A stretch of DNA of 64,000 bases from Marsupella aquatica. Lineage: Eukaryota > Plantae > Marchantiophyta. Positions 12,720-25,236 of the stretch are shown here, piece by piece. The first letter of the stretch is position 1; each line of letters begins with the position of its first letter. The notes under the pieces are model-generated. The model made no database searches and was not told where the DNA came from. It saw nothing but the letters and a program-made list of their open reading frames with translations. Made by a program: the position numbers and the translations under genes. The stretch lies in the NCBI GenBank assembly GCA_973895155.1, contig OZ316895.1, positions 8,792,184-8,856,183 of the forward strand, given 5' to 3'.

Positions 12720-12941
12720 GCTGACCGAATTTGGATTGCAATGACCATTTTTGGCCACTGTCTTAGTTTTGCATAAGTTGGATCGGGATTTGCATGCCTT
12801 AAGAAAAAAATGATTTTCCGAAAATGAGTAGCTGACCGAATTTGGATTGCAATGACCATTTTTGGCCACTGTCTTAGTTTTGCATAAGTTGGATCGGGAT
12901 TTGCATGCCTTAAGAAAAAAATGATTTTCCGAAAATGAGTA
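12720..12941. repeat. Perfect 111-bp tandem duplication
   Basis: GCTGACCGAATTTGGATTGC...CCGAAAATGAGTA occurs at 12720 and 12831. Confidence 0.95.
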
Positions 12942-13507
12942 GTGTGGTTATACTTCTCATTTGGTCCGACATGATGTTTCAGGCAAATTTAAGTCTTGCA
13001 CTACCTAGGATTCCACTTATCCACTACATAGCATTTGACTTATCAAGATTGCATGCACTTACAGAGGCTCCTACTTTAGGTTAGTGGAGCCAACTCCAGT
13101 GTGACCACAATCATAGACCTGCCCAAGCGCATGCAAGAGCTGCCTGAAAAGAGGGCAAACTAGAATGTTGGTTGGAGAGCCAACGTACCAACTGGTTCAT
13201 GCCATTGGGCCAGAATTCATTAGCAGTTTCGGTCCTCGGACCAGTCTCGCTGACGTTTGTACGTCTAGAGTGTGGAATGAAGCAAAAAAAGTGGAGCACT
13301 CGATCAGTTGACAATTCTTACAACAAAAAGTAAGGTGCAATTTGCATCGAGCTTTTGTGTTGCTTTAAAGCATTTTCTTATACAATTCTTCTCAGTGAGG
13401 TAATGATTTGAGAGCGTGATCTGAGTGACGCCTTTGAGCTAGCTTTTATGTACACAATTCATGATTAGGAAAGGTACGAGATGGTAGGCCACCATCCAGG
13501 TTAGTAA

Positions 13508-13889
13508 TCTTATTATAAAAGCCTAGACTCAAGTCTACTTTTAAGAGCCTAGGTCTAGAGTGAAGCCTCTAGGCCGTAATTCTATGGCCATCATGTGCAT
13601 GGAAGAAATTCATAATATGACTATGATATATGTACATGCCAATTTTTGGTGATAATTTCTATAGGCACTATGGCCCCATCACAACATATGTGCATAGAAG
13701 ATAGATGTGCATACAAAAAAGACTCATGTGTACATAAAAGAGAATGGTATATTATATATAATTATTAAAATGATAATTTTTTTTATAATTTCATTAACCT
13801 TCAAAGAATATGAATAGAGAATATATTTTGATAATTTTTTTATTGTCCTCTTCTCTATTTACATTCAAAGAACGGGTAATCAGGGCTAG
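13508..13889 (+). mobile_element. Non-autonomous Helitron (copy 1)
   Basis: Starts A|TCTTATTATAAAAG, ends CAGGGCTAG|T, and has a decayed hairpin (ACATTC-AAA-GAACGGG) ~11 nt before the end. A homologous copy lies at 24602-24939. Confidence 0.8.
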
Positions 13890-14031
13890 TCTAAATTAAA
13901 CCACAAGACTGGCTATGTTACAAATGAACCCACCATCTCTAGACTTAGGCATGAGATCGATAATATAGTATTTAAGTCTTGGTTGACTTGAGCGAAGGGG
14001 GCTGACAGTCAGTGTATAAAATATTCCACTC

Positions 14032-14355
14032 CTCTTTGCTCTTCTTGGGATCGTTTCCGTCTTTCCTCCACTTTATTTGGTTGCTTTGGTCTTCTTGGGG
14101 CCTTTTCCATTTCCTATTCCTTCCCCTTTATTTGGTTGCTCTGGTCGTCTTGAGGCCTTTTCCCCTTCCTCTTCCCTCCCCTTCATTGGGTTACTCTGGT
14201 CTTCTTGACGCCTTTCCCCTTCCTCTTCCCTCCCGGCTAGTGGGTTGCTCTGGTCTTTTTGGGGCCTTTTCCTCGTCCCTCCCCTTTGTTGGGTAGCTCT
14301 ACGTTTGGGACCATGCCTCCTGGTCTGGCAGTTTAGTCTTTTGACACTGTGATAC
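14032..14355 (+). mobile_element. T/C-rich insertion with internal ~57-bp repeats, probable truncated non-LTR 3' UTR
   Basis: Flanks are ATATTCCACTC / ATATCCTACTC (imperfect TSD). GGTT.CTCTGGTC is repeated internally. Its 3' end (CTCCTGGTCTGGC...CACTGTGATAC) resembles that of the 11579-11740 insert. Confidence 0.45.
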
Positions 14356-15062
14356 ATATCCTACTCAATAGAAATCATTGGCATACCTCTTTAGCACTTT
14401 GACAAATGTACTTCTCATTCAATGTGAATCATGGGCATTCCAGATTCTTGGGAATTCTGGATTTACAACATTTTAGGTATTGATTTCAAATTGTTTATCT
14501 GACTTCTGTGAATGGCATCTGTTTGTGTGCTCTAGTTCTGAAAAAGTAGGGGGAGAAGCAGAAGCAAACTTAAGGCGTTGAGGTTCCTTACAAGCCTGGC
14601 CCCAGTTATCTCTTTAAGTGCATGCGTGATTTATTAATTCAAGAGTGTCTGAGGAAGAACCATCCTAGGACTAACTGCATTTCTACCAACAACAACCGGA
14701 AGAACCAACCCAAAACCTCCTGGTCCCAGTCAGACAGCTCCTTATTAACAGGTCACTATTGGAGCACAACTGAAAAATGTGCTTCAAGCAAAATCCCAAG
14801 TTCAATCCGTGTCCATCCAGGTTGTGTTAGGGGCTTTTCGCCAAACGTCTGTGTCCATCTGGGCATTAAGTTCACGTAACTTGGTTGCGCCTAACCAATA
14901 AATACATCCATCCATCATCCATCATGCAATACACCACACAACGACTGAAGTACACTCTCAGCCACCATCTCTTACTTTGTAGCTCAGAATGCAAGTTCTA
15001 CTCAATGGCACTGTGTTTTCATTGACGTAAGCCATCTCGACAACTTGTAGGACCTTTCAAAT

Positions 15063-18000
15063 CTATCCTGGCACACACAAGGCGATTGTGGCGTGCCCAT
15101 GAATTAAGTTGGCTGGTGCACGAGAGAGGCCGGTCGAAGTTTCACCAACAGGCTGGAATATACATCCATCCATTATGGCGACCCCTCCAGAAACGGACCC
15201 TGGGGTTGAGTAAGTCCACAAAACTGCCCCAGTTGCGGAATCTAGAGCCACTACTTTGCCTACCGGTGTACTGCTAGAGAAGTTACCCTGTGATCCGCCA
15301 AAGACCACACCATTGGCATATGCAACCTGCATGATCGATCATCCAATACACTGTAAGCAACGATGCGGTCTGATCGAATGCCAAGCAACTCATGACCTTT
15401 GTCTGTCAATCAAGGAGACTTTTCGACAGGAGATTGCCCCAAATCTTGAACTACTTCGAGCTTTGGTGTACACGGGCGAGCTCCTGTAATTGTGGCATCT
15501 AGATTCTTCAGCTTCCAGATATTACAAATCCCAAGACCTTGCGGATACCATGGTTTGAACACGAAAATCATATTTTGGTGGAGAGAAAACAACCATACCG
15601 GTGCTTGAGTACCCAGTGGATCAGGGTTGGCTGTGGACCAGAGGATAGCTCCTGTGGAAGCATTCATGGCCACCCAGCCCCCCCAAGTGATGACTCTCGC
15701 CGATGGCACCAAGGTGAAATTAGAGTCGACGAAATTGATGATGTTCGTGAATACCCTCTCGCCATCAGTAGTCATGCCCCATGACGCTCCTCCTCCAAGA
15801 GACCCTGGACCTGCATCCTGCAGAATTGCATTTGATGTCAATATCCTTCAATGGTGAATTTAAAAATCATAGTCTCAAACTGCGTTGCATTAAACGGGCC
15901 GGCTAGGCCACAGCTAAATTATATTTGCACAACGGAACTCCAAGTCTATCCAGTCCTCTACATAATAACGAGGTCTACCGACCCAATTAATCTCACAATT
16001 CACACATCTATCCATGACATAGACCATCATTTTCACCTCAAGATCGATTATCTCCCATGCACGCATATATGCATTCAAGGTGTGTTTATGAGGACAAAAT
16101 TGGTGACTTGCCCCGAAAATGTAGGTTATCAACAGATCGAGACGTGCTTGTCAGCATCTACGTTAAGAAAAGTCATGCATGTAGAAATAACAAGGTTTGA
16201 ATGCAACATGAGAAACGTCAAGCGGTCGGTGCATCACGACGAAGAGCGCTTACAGTTTGCCAAACACTCTCTCCTGTCTCTCGATCAAGAGCATGAACGA
16301 TCCCATTCTTCTGACCGGCAACCACCACGTCCCTCAATGTACACGACGAATTATGCTCTTCCTTGATCGTTATCAGGAGCGGAGCTTCTCCAAAATCGGC
16401 ATCCGGTCCAACAATTGGGGGGCAATTGGGCAAGGGGACAGGGGAAAGGAAACAAACATAAATCCAAGTATCAAAGGAGCCCAGATGTGTAGCCCAAGCG
16501 ATTTTTCCAGTTTCGATGTTGATGGCAACAAAGGATTCGGCATGGTTGTCCGGGTGGATGCATGGATCGGGGAAGGTACCGGTGGCGTTGGTCTTGTTCA
16601 ATTGCGCTTGTTCACAAGCCGTAATATCTGGAGGGGTGGTGTAGTCGTTCCCCGTGGCAATATATACCAACCTCCTGGAGGTATCAATTGCTGGACTGCT
16701 CCCCCAAATGGCCGCTCCTGAATAGAGCCCCGTCTGCTTGTGGTTGTCAGGAAGCATGGACACTCGCCACACTGTCTCTCCCGTCTTAGCGTTGAGCTTA
16801 AACATTGCACCTTGAAAGGAGCAGCAGGCTGCGGGTGCAGCAGACTCTTCCATGGAGCTCGTGCCGATGTAGTATGCACTGCGATACGAGACAGCACATA
16901 ATTGTAGTCACCAAATTAGGGGTTTGACAGCTCGACGTTAGCTACGGTCGCTTGCTAAACATAACCTGGCAATGAAACGATGGTCTTCGTTCAACAAATT
17001 CAAACAGCACGAAATTCACACAGCAGATGAATTGATTAATTATTGATATAAGTTTCGTGTCTCTGATCATTTTACAATATGCAGGGAGTAAATCTCGACG
17101 GAATCAATGAAGTATATCGAATTTTGTACTGATTTCATTGAATTGTTGTGTTATTAAAACTAGATTTGGTGAATTGCATTAATTACTGATCCACAATTAA
17201 ATCTTGAAACAGCCGTGACTTGACGAATCAGCTATTTCTCGTTAGTCTGACAGTTCTGTTTTCATTTTGTTTAGTTCTCATGACCCGGACTCTCGTGACG
17301 ATCGAGGCAAACAAAAACATTAATTAATGAAGTTACAAGATTGTTCAATCTAAGCTACCCACCTGGTCCTGGAGTTTAATTGACAGAGATAGATAAAAAA
17401 ACTGTCGGGTGAAGATGTCAGTAAATTAATACAACTTATCAATGCTGCCATCAGAAGTGTTGTCTGTTTTTCAATTAAACGGCAACTCCTAATTCTCGCA
17501 AAAGGGAGCGCTATAATAAGCGACCGATGAATCAGTGGTACCAGTACAGAAATGTACAATCAGCCATCAAGGTACCTACGAAGATAAAAGACTAAAAGAG
17601 AGCTGTGTTTATAAATAAAATAAATTTTCAAACTGACCCTTGGTAGTACGTCCCGGATTGTTCTAAGATGCACCATTGCTGAGAATCCAAGCTAGTCCAC
17701 CAAACCACCGCTCCAGTAGATCTGTTCAACGCCAGCACATAGCACGGACCATAGATCCCGACCAGTAGCAGGGGTCCGGCTATGGTTGGAGTTGCTCGGG
17801 AAAGAAGATCAGGAGCTTTGGAAAGTGACGGTGTACCATTTTTGAGTAGCGGCATAACGTAGATTCCTTCCAACAGTCCTGGAATTGTCGGAGCAACCTC
17901 GGTAAGATTCACTTTCCAGATGCGCTCGCCGGTGTCTTTCGTGACGGAGTACAGGCATCCATCCCAGCTCGAGAAATACACTGCTCCCCTCCCGCGGCCA

Positions 18001-18855
18001 TCGATGGATGGGTTTGCAGAGATATCGGAGTCCGCGAAGGCGGTCCACTTCAGCGCTAGTTTTGCCGCTGTGTCTTTGCTGATCTTCGTCTCGGACGAAG
18101 CCTCGCGGCGATTACTAATGCCCCCACCTTGGTTCGGCCATGACTTCCAGAACTCGTCCCACTCCTACTTGTACAATATTGTTTTCGATCACAATCCACG
18201 CGGCATCTCGTAGTTAGTGATTTTATCCATCAAGCCCCACAGGCATGACTCCGATTCATCCACTAACGTCCGGTACTTCACGGTTGTAATGCTAAAGTCC
18301 TGAGCTATATGTGAAGTAACCAAATCAAAGTCTAGATAGTTCAAGCACTACATATTAATTAGTGTCTATCATTTCGAGGAGATTATTTTGGCCATCGAAT
18401 TTCAGCAAGTTAAGACACTCATCACATTTTCATTATAACGAACGAAATGGAGTTTTCACTTCTAAGGTCACTGCCAGACTGACTTGCCTGTAATAAGTGT
18501 ACGTTCGATGTACGTAAGAAAGGCCGTCGAGAGAAGATTCAACAGAAAAGTTTGCTAAATCTTTTCTCGAAGACCTTTGGTATTTATTAGTTACTGCCCA
18601 GCTAGCTTCCTATTCCAGTTACAGTGCACACAAACTTACATAGGAGTTATGTTGGATGGAAATAATGTCTCCTTCACATTCACGGGAAATTGCAACACGA
18701 AATCAATTTCCCTTTTTCTGATTGCAAGGTGATTCTGAGTCCTAGATCGATGTGATACTTACATCATAATCCCGACTCCAACAGAGGACCGGAGTCACAA
18801 CGAGGCCGGCAACCAGCAAGACAATCCATCGACCATGATCTGAAAACGTTTTCAT
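15063..18855 (-). CDS. Secreted PQQ-type beta-propeller protein (polyvinyl alcohol dehydrogenase-like), copy 1, 5 exons, ~575 aa
   Basis: Exons 18855-18763, 18164-17638, 16878-16254, 15817-15599 and 15326-15063 join in frame with GT-AG introns. N-terminal signal peptide MKTFSDHGRWIVLLVAGLVVTPVLC. Repeated PQQ-propeller motifs (ALDRETGESVW, AMNASTGAILW, ALDSATGAVLW), WPNQGG, IWGSSPAID, YIATGN, DADFGEAP. Confidence 0.9.
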
Positions 18856-19314
18856 CGCTTTGGGCTAGGCTATCGCAACCCCCGACAGGATACGTATGGA
18901 AGCGATCCTCCATTATCCATCACGCTGATCGGTCTATACGTATATATATACACGTCAAGAATCTGGACTGATGTGCAGACGATCGCTTTTTGCTCCCCTG
19001 GGCCCAAGTAATTTGGAGGCCGGAATTGCCACGGGCTGGACGTGATGCCGTTCACCTGTAATCTGGCGGGCTAAGAAGTACCGCAGTCCGCAGGCAATAA
19101 TAGGGCGTCTTTGCTTCCGGTTGCGGTCAGAGACGGAATCCCTGGAAAAAAGTGGCGGACATCCGTGTCCGCACAGTGCTGAACCGTTCTGGGCCTCATT
19201 TTTTTCCAGCAACTCCAAGGATTGAGACGCCCTAATGAAGTGCTCTGCCACTTAGCTACGGGCCCTGCATCCATCATCAGTTGAGTGTGGTCATTCTAAC
19301 AATGGAACTCGATA

Positions 19315-22300
19315 GCATTGTCGTAACCTCTGATGTCATTCTCAGAGTCGATCCTGTGGTCTCGTTTCCCAGCTGTGATATTTGCTCGATAAAAAAATCA
19401 AAAGTGGCAATTGCTTTCTGATCAGATCATGAGGTGCACTTCAATTTTCAAAGAACTTAAAGCTTTGCCCCTCTGGTCGAGTGCTACGCAAGTCTCCTTC
19501 CCCGAACACCAAAGAGATTTTACACATTGTTTAAAAGTAAGCGGTTGCCTTTTGTACGTACCTAAAATTTACATGTCAGTCACCACAATCATAGGCATGA
19601 AAGTGCACCAGCTTAATTCAACGTGGACATTCAAGGTGGTTGCAGAGCCAGCCAACCGGTCCATGCCATGTGCACAACCATTCATAGAAGAGTTCAAGTC
19701 TTGCTCGGTCCATGCCATGTGCACAACCATTCATAGAGGAGTTCAAGTCTTGCTCACATTTCTCAGTTACAGTATATAAAGAGCCCCCGTATTTTGCGTC
19801 TTGAGGGAGATCGATGGATTACAGTGAGGGTGGAACAGTTAGAGAAGAGATTTTTCGGGATTTCACTTTCCGGAACTTTCTCCTCAGATTCCGAGAATTG
19901 CAGCTATCCATTCAATTCCAACATACGAGGTTGACGGGAGAAGCTGGAGTCTACACTGGATAAAGTTCGTAGGAGTTCGGGATCGTTAATTGCAAGGGTA
20001 ACCGTGGCAAACCATCTTGTCATGAGCACCATGTGGTTCATGCTCACTGTTTGGGCTGGACAGCTACACACTTTGGCCGACCTGCAAAAGAAAATTACGA
20101 CTTTTGTTTGGGCAGGACAGTGAGAACTCAAGAGCCCGCTCGTGGACTTTGCCACAATCACAAAGCCTAAACACCTGGGAGGACTTGGCCTAATTTCACT
20201 TGCTGCGCAGTTTAATTAGAGCACTGGCCGGGAATTTCATCATGTGGGCATTGGCCGAAGGGGACCACCCTCTGCGCAGAATCCTACAACACGAATTGAA
20301 GCAACTGTCAATACAGAAGTGGGGAGCGAAAGATTACTCTTGGGTTTTTTCGCAGTGTCATACGCTACCGAAAGGTGGATCTCGTGTTTGGATCAACATT
20401 TGCACTGGATGGTACGTAATTAAGAAGAATATGGGACATGCATCCCCAACGCACTTGGAAGGATGGAGAGATCTTCCTTTATGGAAACCACACCTCAATC
20501 ACGTTCACGCCAATCAGGCAAAGTGTCGTAGCAACCCACAAAGGAAAATCAGAGGGCCTGGTTTTCAACATATGAAGGACATCCTAGATTTGGACGGCCG
20601 TTTTATTAGGTGGGAGGATGGCCCAAACGCTTTGCTACCTGGGAACTGTGCTAGTGCATACCGCAAACTGATTGCAAACCTTCGATGTGTGCCAGAACTC
20701 CACTGTGACCCTTTGCAACTACTCCCAGTGTTCATGGATTGAAGCTTATCTATCGGATGGGAGCTTAAGGGTCTGGGAGTTTCGGATACAGCGCAACCAC
20801 ATTACTTCCCAATGGCAACGGTTTAATGATACAGCTAACCCCAGATGGACTTTCATGGTGGTCAACGGTCTCCTAGCCAAATCAGACACCCTTGCTCCAC
20901 CAACTGGACTCCCCCTACATCATGTGCTGATTAGGACTAAGGGAAAGAACAATATCCACAGGCACCATTTTGGGAGTCCTACAGGCCTTCTGGCTCCTCT
21001 GTTACAATACGTTTGGAAGGATGGCCTCCCCTTCCTAGATACCAACATTGCACACCTGAGGGCAATACAAGGTCCCCCCCATCGAACATTGCATAAGACG
21101 GTGCACAAATGGGCATTGCGGCTGAACTGGTGTCCCAATCCACAATCACTCTGGGCAGATACTTGGCTTTCCTTTGGCGCTCCAAGTGAGAATTGTTTCT
21201 TGTGGCAGTTGATCTATAGGATACCGGCTGTACGCAACATTGGCGATTCCCTCGCCTACCTACTACTGACTCAAGCACTTGGTGCACCAGATGTGATTCC
21301 CATCAACAGGAAGATATTGTGCATTGCATATGGGGCTGCACCAAGTCGCATGGTGTATGGGAGTGGGTGCAGTTTGTTTTGCAGTTATGTGGCTTCTCAA
21401 GAGGATGCACCATTCAGTTACAACCTGCTCACATCTTTGTAGGTGCAGCCCTACCTGAGGAATGGGATATCCCTGGGAGACTTTGGCACATATTGAGGGC
21501 TATCATCTACTGGTGTTTATGGAAAGATCGATGTGCACACTTCATGGATCACACCCAGCCAAATCCGCAAGGAGTCATTCGGAAATCATGGCCTCGTCTG
21601 GAAGTGTATATACGGCGGGACTGGAACCGGCATAAAGTCAAGATACAATATGGTAGTCAAAATCACGATCAGGGAAGCACATCATGAAATGACCATGCAC
21701 TATGGCACCTGGAATGGTCTTTGGATGATTCATGAGAATATCCTTCAGATCCCGCTGGTCCCTCCACGTCCACCGTGACATCCCCTCCCCTTGTCAGGCT
21801 CCAAAGCTCCACTGCAAACTGACTGATTGAGTCATCCCTCTCTCACGGACCCACTGGAAGGAACCCCGCCGGAACCTGATCACTGGTCGCTCTTTAGGAG
21901 TTAGCTGCTCCGACTGTAGTCTCTAATGTCTTGAATTGTTTAGTTGCCTTCTCCTGAGGCACAGCTTCTGTCCTGGTGCCGGCCTTCCCGGTTGTTAGCT
22001 CTCTGACCTCTGGTCCTTTGGGGTGGACCCTGTTTTGGGCCCCATGTTTTGTATGCTGGCTATTTGAATGGAATTCATTTGGTTTTTTCGAGTCAAACAT
22101 ACAAGGTTGACATCTCTTTGCCTAGGTAGAAGCAATGAATATTCACCATCTGAACTGCATGTTTGAAGTCTCACAATTCAATAATCTTGAGAACTAGCTT
22201 GGTGGGCGGGCAAAACTTTGATTGATTTCCATAATTCTTAGCTCTAGACGGTTCAATGAGTTCATCAATCTGCTGTTATTACATTGGAATCCTTCAGACA

Positions 22301-22430
22301 TATATGCAGCATTCTTGCGATCGATCTTTATGGAGCGAAAAGAGTAAAAAAAGTAACTTAATCTACACAAGTACATCAATCAATTGAGGAAAAGTGTATA
22401 GAGATTGACAGCATTATGTCTCCTTTAGTT
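19315..22430. repeat. Copy C of the upstream module, directly 5' of PQQ gene 1 and split by the LINE (19315-19935 + 22112-22430)
   Basis: Both halves are colinear with the uninterrupted copies at 10.0, 11.4 and 32.9 kb. Confidence 0.8.
19936..22095 (+). mobile_element. 5'-truncated, degenerate L1-clade LINE (post-RT region of ORF2 plus zf-RVT-like zinc finger)
   Basis: Translates to SLIARVTVANHLVMSTMWFML...FVWAG...TKPKHLGGLGL and CTRC..QQEDIVHCIWGC..VW, with frameshifts and stops. 16-bp TSD: AACATACGAGGTTGAC (19920-19935) / AACATACAAGGTTGAC (22096-22111). Confidence 0.9.
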
Positions 22431-23849
22431 GAGGACGACTCGTTTTCTCTTAGAAAAGAGACGTGAAGAAAATGCAAGAATGTTTTCGATCTGCGTCTCG
22501 ATCCATAGTGCAAGAGTCAGAGCCATAGATGAACTTTTAAGTCCTCTGACCACAAGAGTCCAACGAGACATTTTAATTTCAAAAACAGGAGTTGCTAATG
22601 GAAAGCAAAGCACTGTCAAACCTGACCCGTGACCAAGGGGTCGGTCACAAAGGCTGAATAATTTTTTGATTTGTTAAGTAAATGGTTATATTATTTTGTT
22701 GATAAAATTATGTTTAGATATCATTATGATGTTTTTCAAATATTCCTGAAAAACCAAGAGTTATCTTGAATTGAGTTCTTGAATTGAGTTCAACTGAATG
22801 ATACATCATGAAAAAGAATTTCTCTATTTTTGATTACGGGTTCTTGCATCAAAATATTTGTCAACTCATTCTTTAACTATGTCTTTTGTGGTGCACTTGA
22901 TTTTGAAACTAAATTGACTAATTAGAAAGTGACATTATGTTAAACGCATATCTATCTGGTAAAGTTTGAAGCTTTCATCTCACTTTATTATCAGTCTTTG
23001 ATCTTTCAATTTTATATCTGACTCTCAACATACAAACATGGTAATAATTCACAACCATGTAAACAATTAATAGATAAATAGTATCTCATCATAGATTGCA
23101 TTCTTAAAAGTATTATGTACCAAATGCCCTTGCCTATGCATAAACTATAACTGGTTGAGGGACAGAATATAAGGTATTTTTGTGAAAAAGCAGAAAAGAG
23201 CTTGGAAGCCTAGATTCTTCCCATGTGAATGCTGGAGCGGGTGCTATGGTTGGTATATCAAATTTTGTATTTATATGAAAAAATTATATTTTATCTTTTA
23301 AAAATGTATTTTTTCTTTTCCGATGCAATCCTAAATGCATTTTTCACCTGTTTAGTACTTAATTAAGTTTATCAATTCATTCAAAAGTGATTTGTTTCTA
23401 TTTATTATTTCATCTTTATTTTCAATCATTTTCAACTATTAAAGTAGCAATTTTCCTCACACTATCTATATTTTTGCATTTCATGTTTTGTATATGCATT
23501 GAAAATAACTTAAACATTTGAAAATAAAGTAAAATGAAATTTCCTAGAATTTTATTTGGTTGGGTCCATGTCCATCCCCATGGACTGCGTAAAGTAAGTA
23601 CTGTAGCTATTGTAGTTTGCATTGGAAATAAAAAGACTGGATTTATGTGGCATAGGAATTGAAGAGTTTCAAATTGAACAAAGACTACATCATGATCTTT
23701 GCTTGACCAATAAAATACAAAAATTAGTTGTGAATTTTGGGACCAAAACTTATATTTTGGAATGGTCAGCCCTCGTCACTCTCGGGAATACTCTTGAACC
23801 TCCATCCACCCAGCCTAAAAGGTTGAAAATAACTAATGCAAAGAATGTA

Positions 23850-24550
23850 ATTTCTCAACAATTAAAGAAAAAAGAATCCCCTTACCCTTTTTTATTCTTT
23901 CATGTAAGGTATCCTTAATCCTTTCTCAACAATTAAAGGAAAACAATTCCCTTACCCTTTTTTTATATCTCCTTAATAAATCCTTTCTTAATAATGAAAG
24001 AAAAACAATCCCCTTACCCTTTTTGTCCCTTCCCTTACGGTAACCTTAATGTTCCATCCCAGCCCAAAGAATCAAAATGTCTCTTTTTTATTCCTCCTCT
24101 CTTTTAAGATACCCTTAATTCTCTGTCCCTGCCCCACATCAAAGAAAAAATAAATCTAAAATTGACCAGGCATGTTTTCAGTGCCCATCCTTTGTGTTTA
24201 GGAGCCCATGGAAGAAAAAGGAATAGAAACACAAAAAGGGCCCTAAAAAGATGCTCTTATTTAGCCCCTTCAAACAAGTAGTCCCTCTTCCAAGTGAAGA
24301 ATAAAATTTCTCAATTTTTTAACAATTATTCTTCCCCTCCTTTTCTTACTCCTCCCCTTTTATTTAGCCCCTTTAAAAGAGTGGTCCCTCTTCCAGGTGA
24401 CCCATTTCACCCAAAGGAAAAAAATAGAAAAGAATGGAATGTTCCCACACAAAAAGGTCCCTTAAAAAGAGTCGCCCCTCTTATTCAGCCCCTTGGAATG
24501 AGTGTCCCAGGTCACCCATTACACCCAAAAGAAAAAGAAGATAAATAAAA
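23850..24550. repeat. Degenerate short tandem/dispersed repeats in an AT-rich TE-like segment
   Basis: TTTCTCAACAATTAAAG.AAAA.AAT.CCCTTACCCTTTTT occurs ~3 times (~60-bp period), and TTATT.AGCCCCTT occurs 3 times. Confidence 0.6.
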
Positions 24551-24601
24551 CACATTTAAAGCTAGAGAGAATAAAGTGAAAGGGAGCCATGGATGATAGT
24601 A

Positions 24602-24939
24602 TCTTAATATAAAAGCGCCAACTGAACTCTATTCTTAAGAACCTAGGTCTAGAGTGAGGCCTCTAGACCGTAACTCTATGGTCATCATGACATGACTATG
24701 ATGTATGTACATGCCAATTTTTTATAATAATTTATAAATATTTTATATTAAAAGAATATAAGCACTCTGGCCCCATCACAACATATTGCATAAAAGATGG
24801 ATATGCATACAAAAAGATTGATGTGCACATACACATACAGGAGAATAATATATTATATATGAATAGAAAATGTTATTTTGATAATTTTTTTATTGTCCTC
24901 TCTGCTATTCACGTTCAAAGAAAGGGTAGTCAGGGCTAG
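24602..24939 (+). mobile_element. Non-autonomous Helitron (copy 2)
   Basis: Starts A|TCTTAATATAAAAG, ends CAGGGCTAG|T, with subterminal hairpin remnant CACGTTC-AAA-GAAAGGG. Colinear with 13508-13889. Confidence 0.8.
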
Positions 24940-25147
24940 TACACTAAGAGGGACATTGATGAACTAAGTGGGGCCTAGTTACAAAAGACAAAGTATTGGA
25001 ACAGGAACAAAAGTATTGCAGATGAAAGTATTTCCGACAAATACATTTTGGGGCCATTTTTGGGGCCCCATCACATCTACTGAACTAAAGTTCAGCCAAC
25101 AACTCTTAAACAGTAACACTCGCGGTGAATGCACAGACTTACATCTG

Positions 25148-25236
25148 TGGCATTTAGATCACAAGTAAACTTGTCAAGTAGAAACTCAGGATGGCATTTA
25201 GATCACAAGTAAACTTGTCAAGTAGAAACTCAGGAT
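25148..25236. repeat. 44-bp tandem duplication
   Basis: TGGCATTTAGATCACAAGTAAACTTGTCAAGTAGAAACTCAGGA occurs twice. Confidence 0.9.

Noticed and set aside
16257-16721. Plus-strand ORFs conserved between duplicates (also 30292-30933)
   Set aside because: These are antisense shadows of the PQQ exons.
22610-23790. Possible TIR element starting near CCCGTGACCAAGGGGTCGGTCAC
   Set aside because: No convincing matching inverted end or TSD was found by eye.
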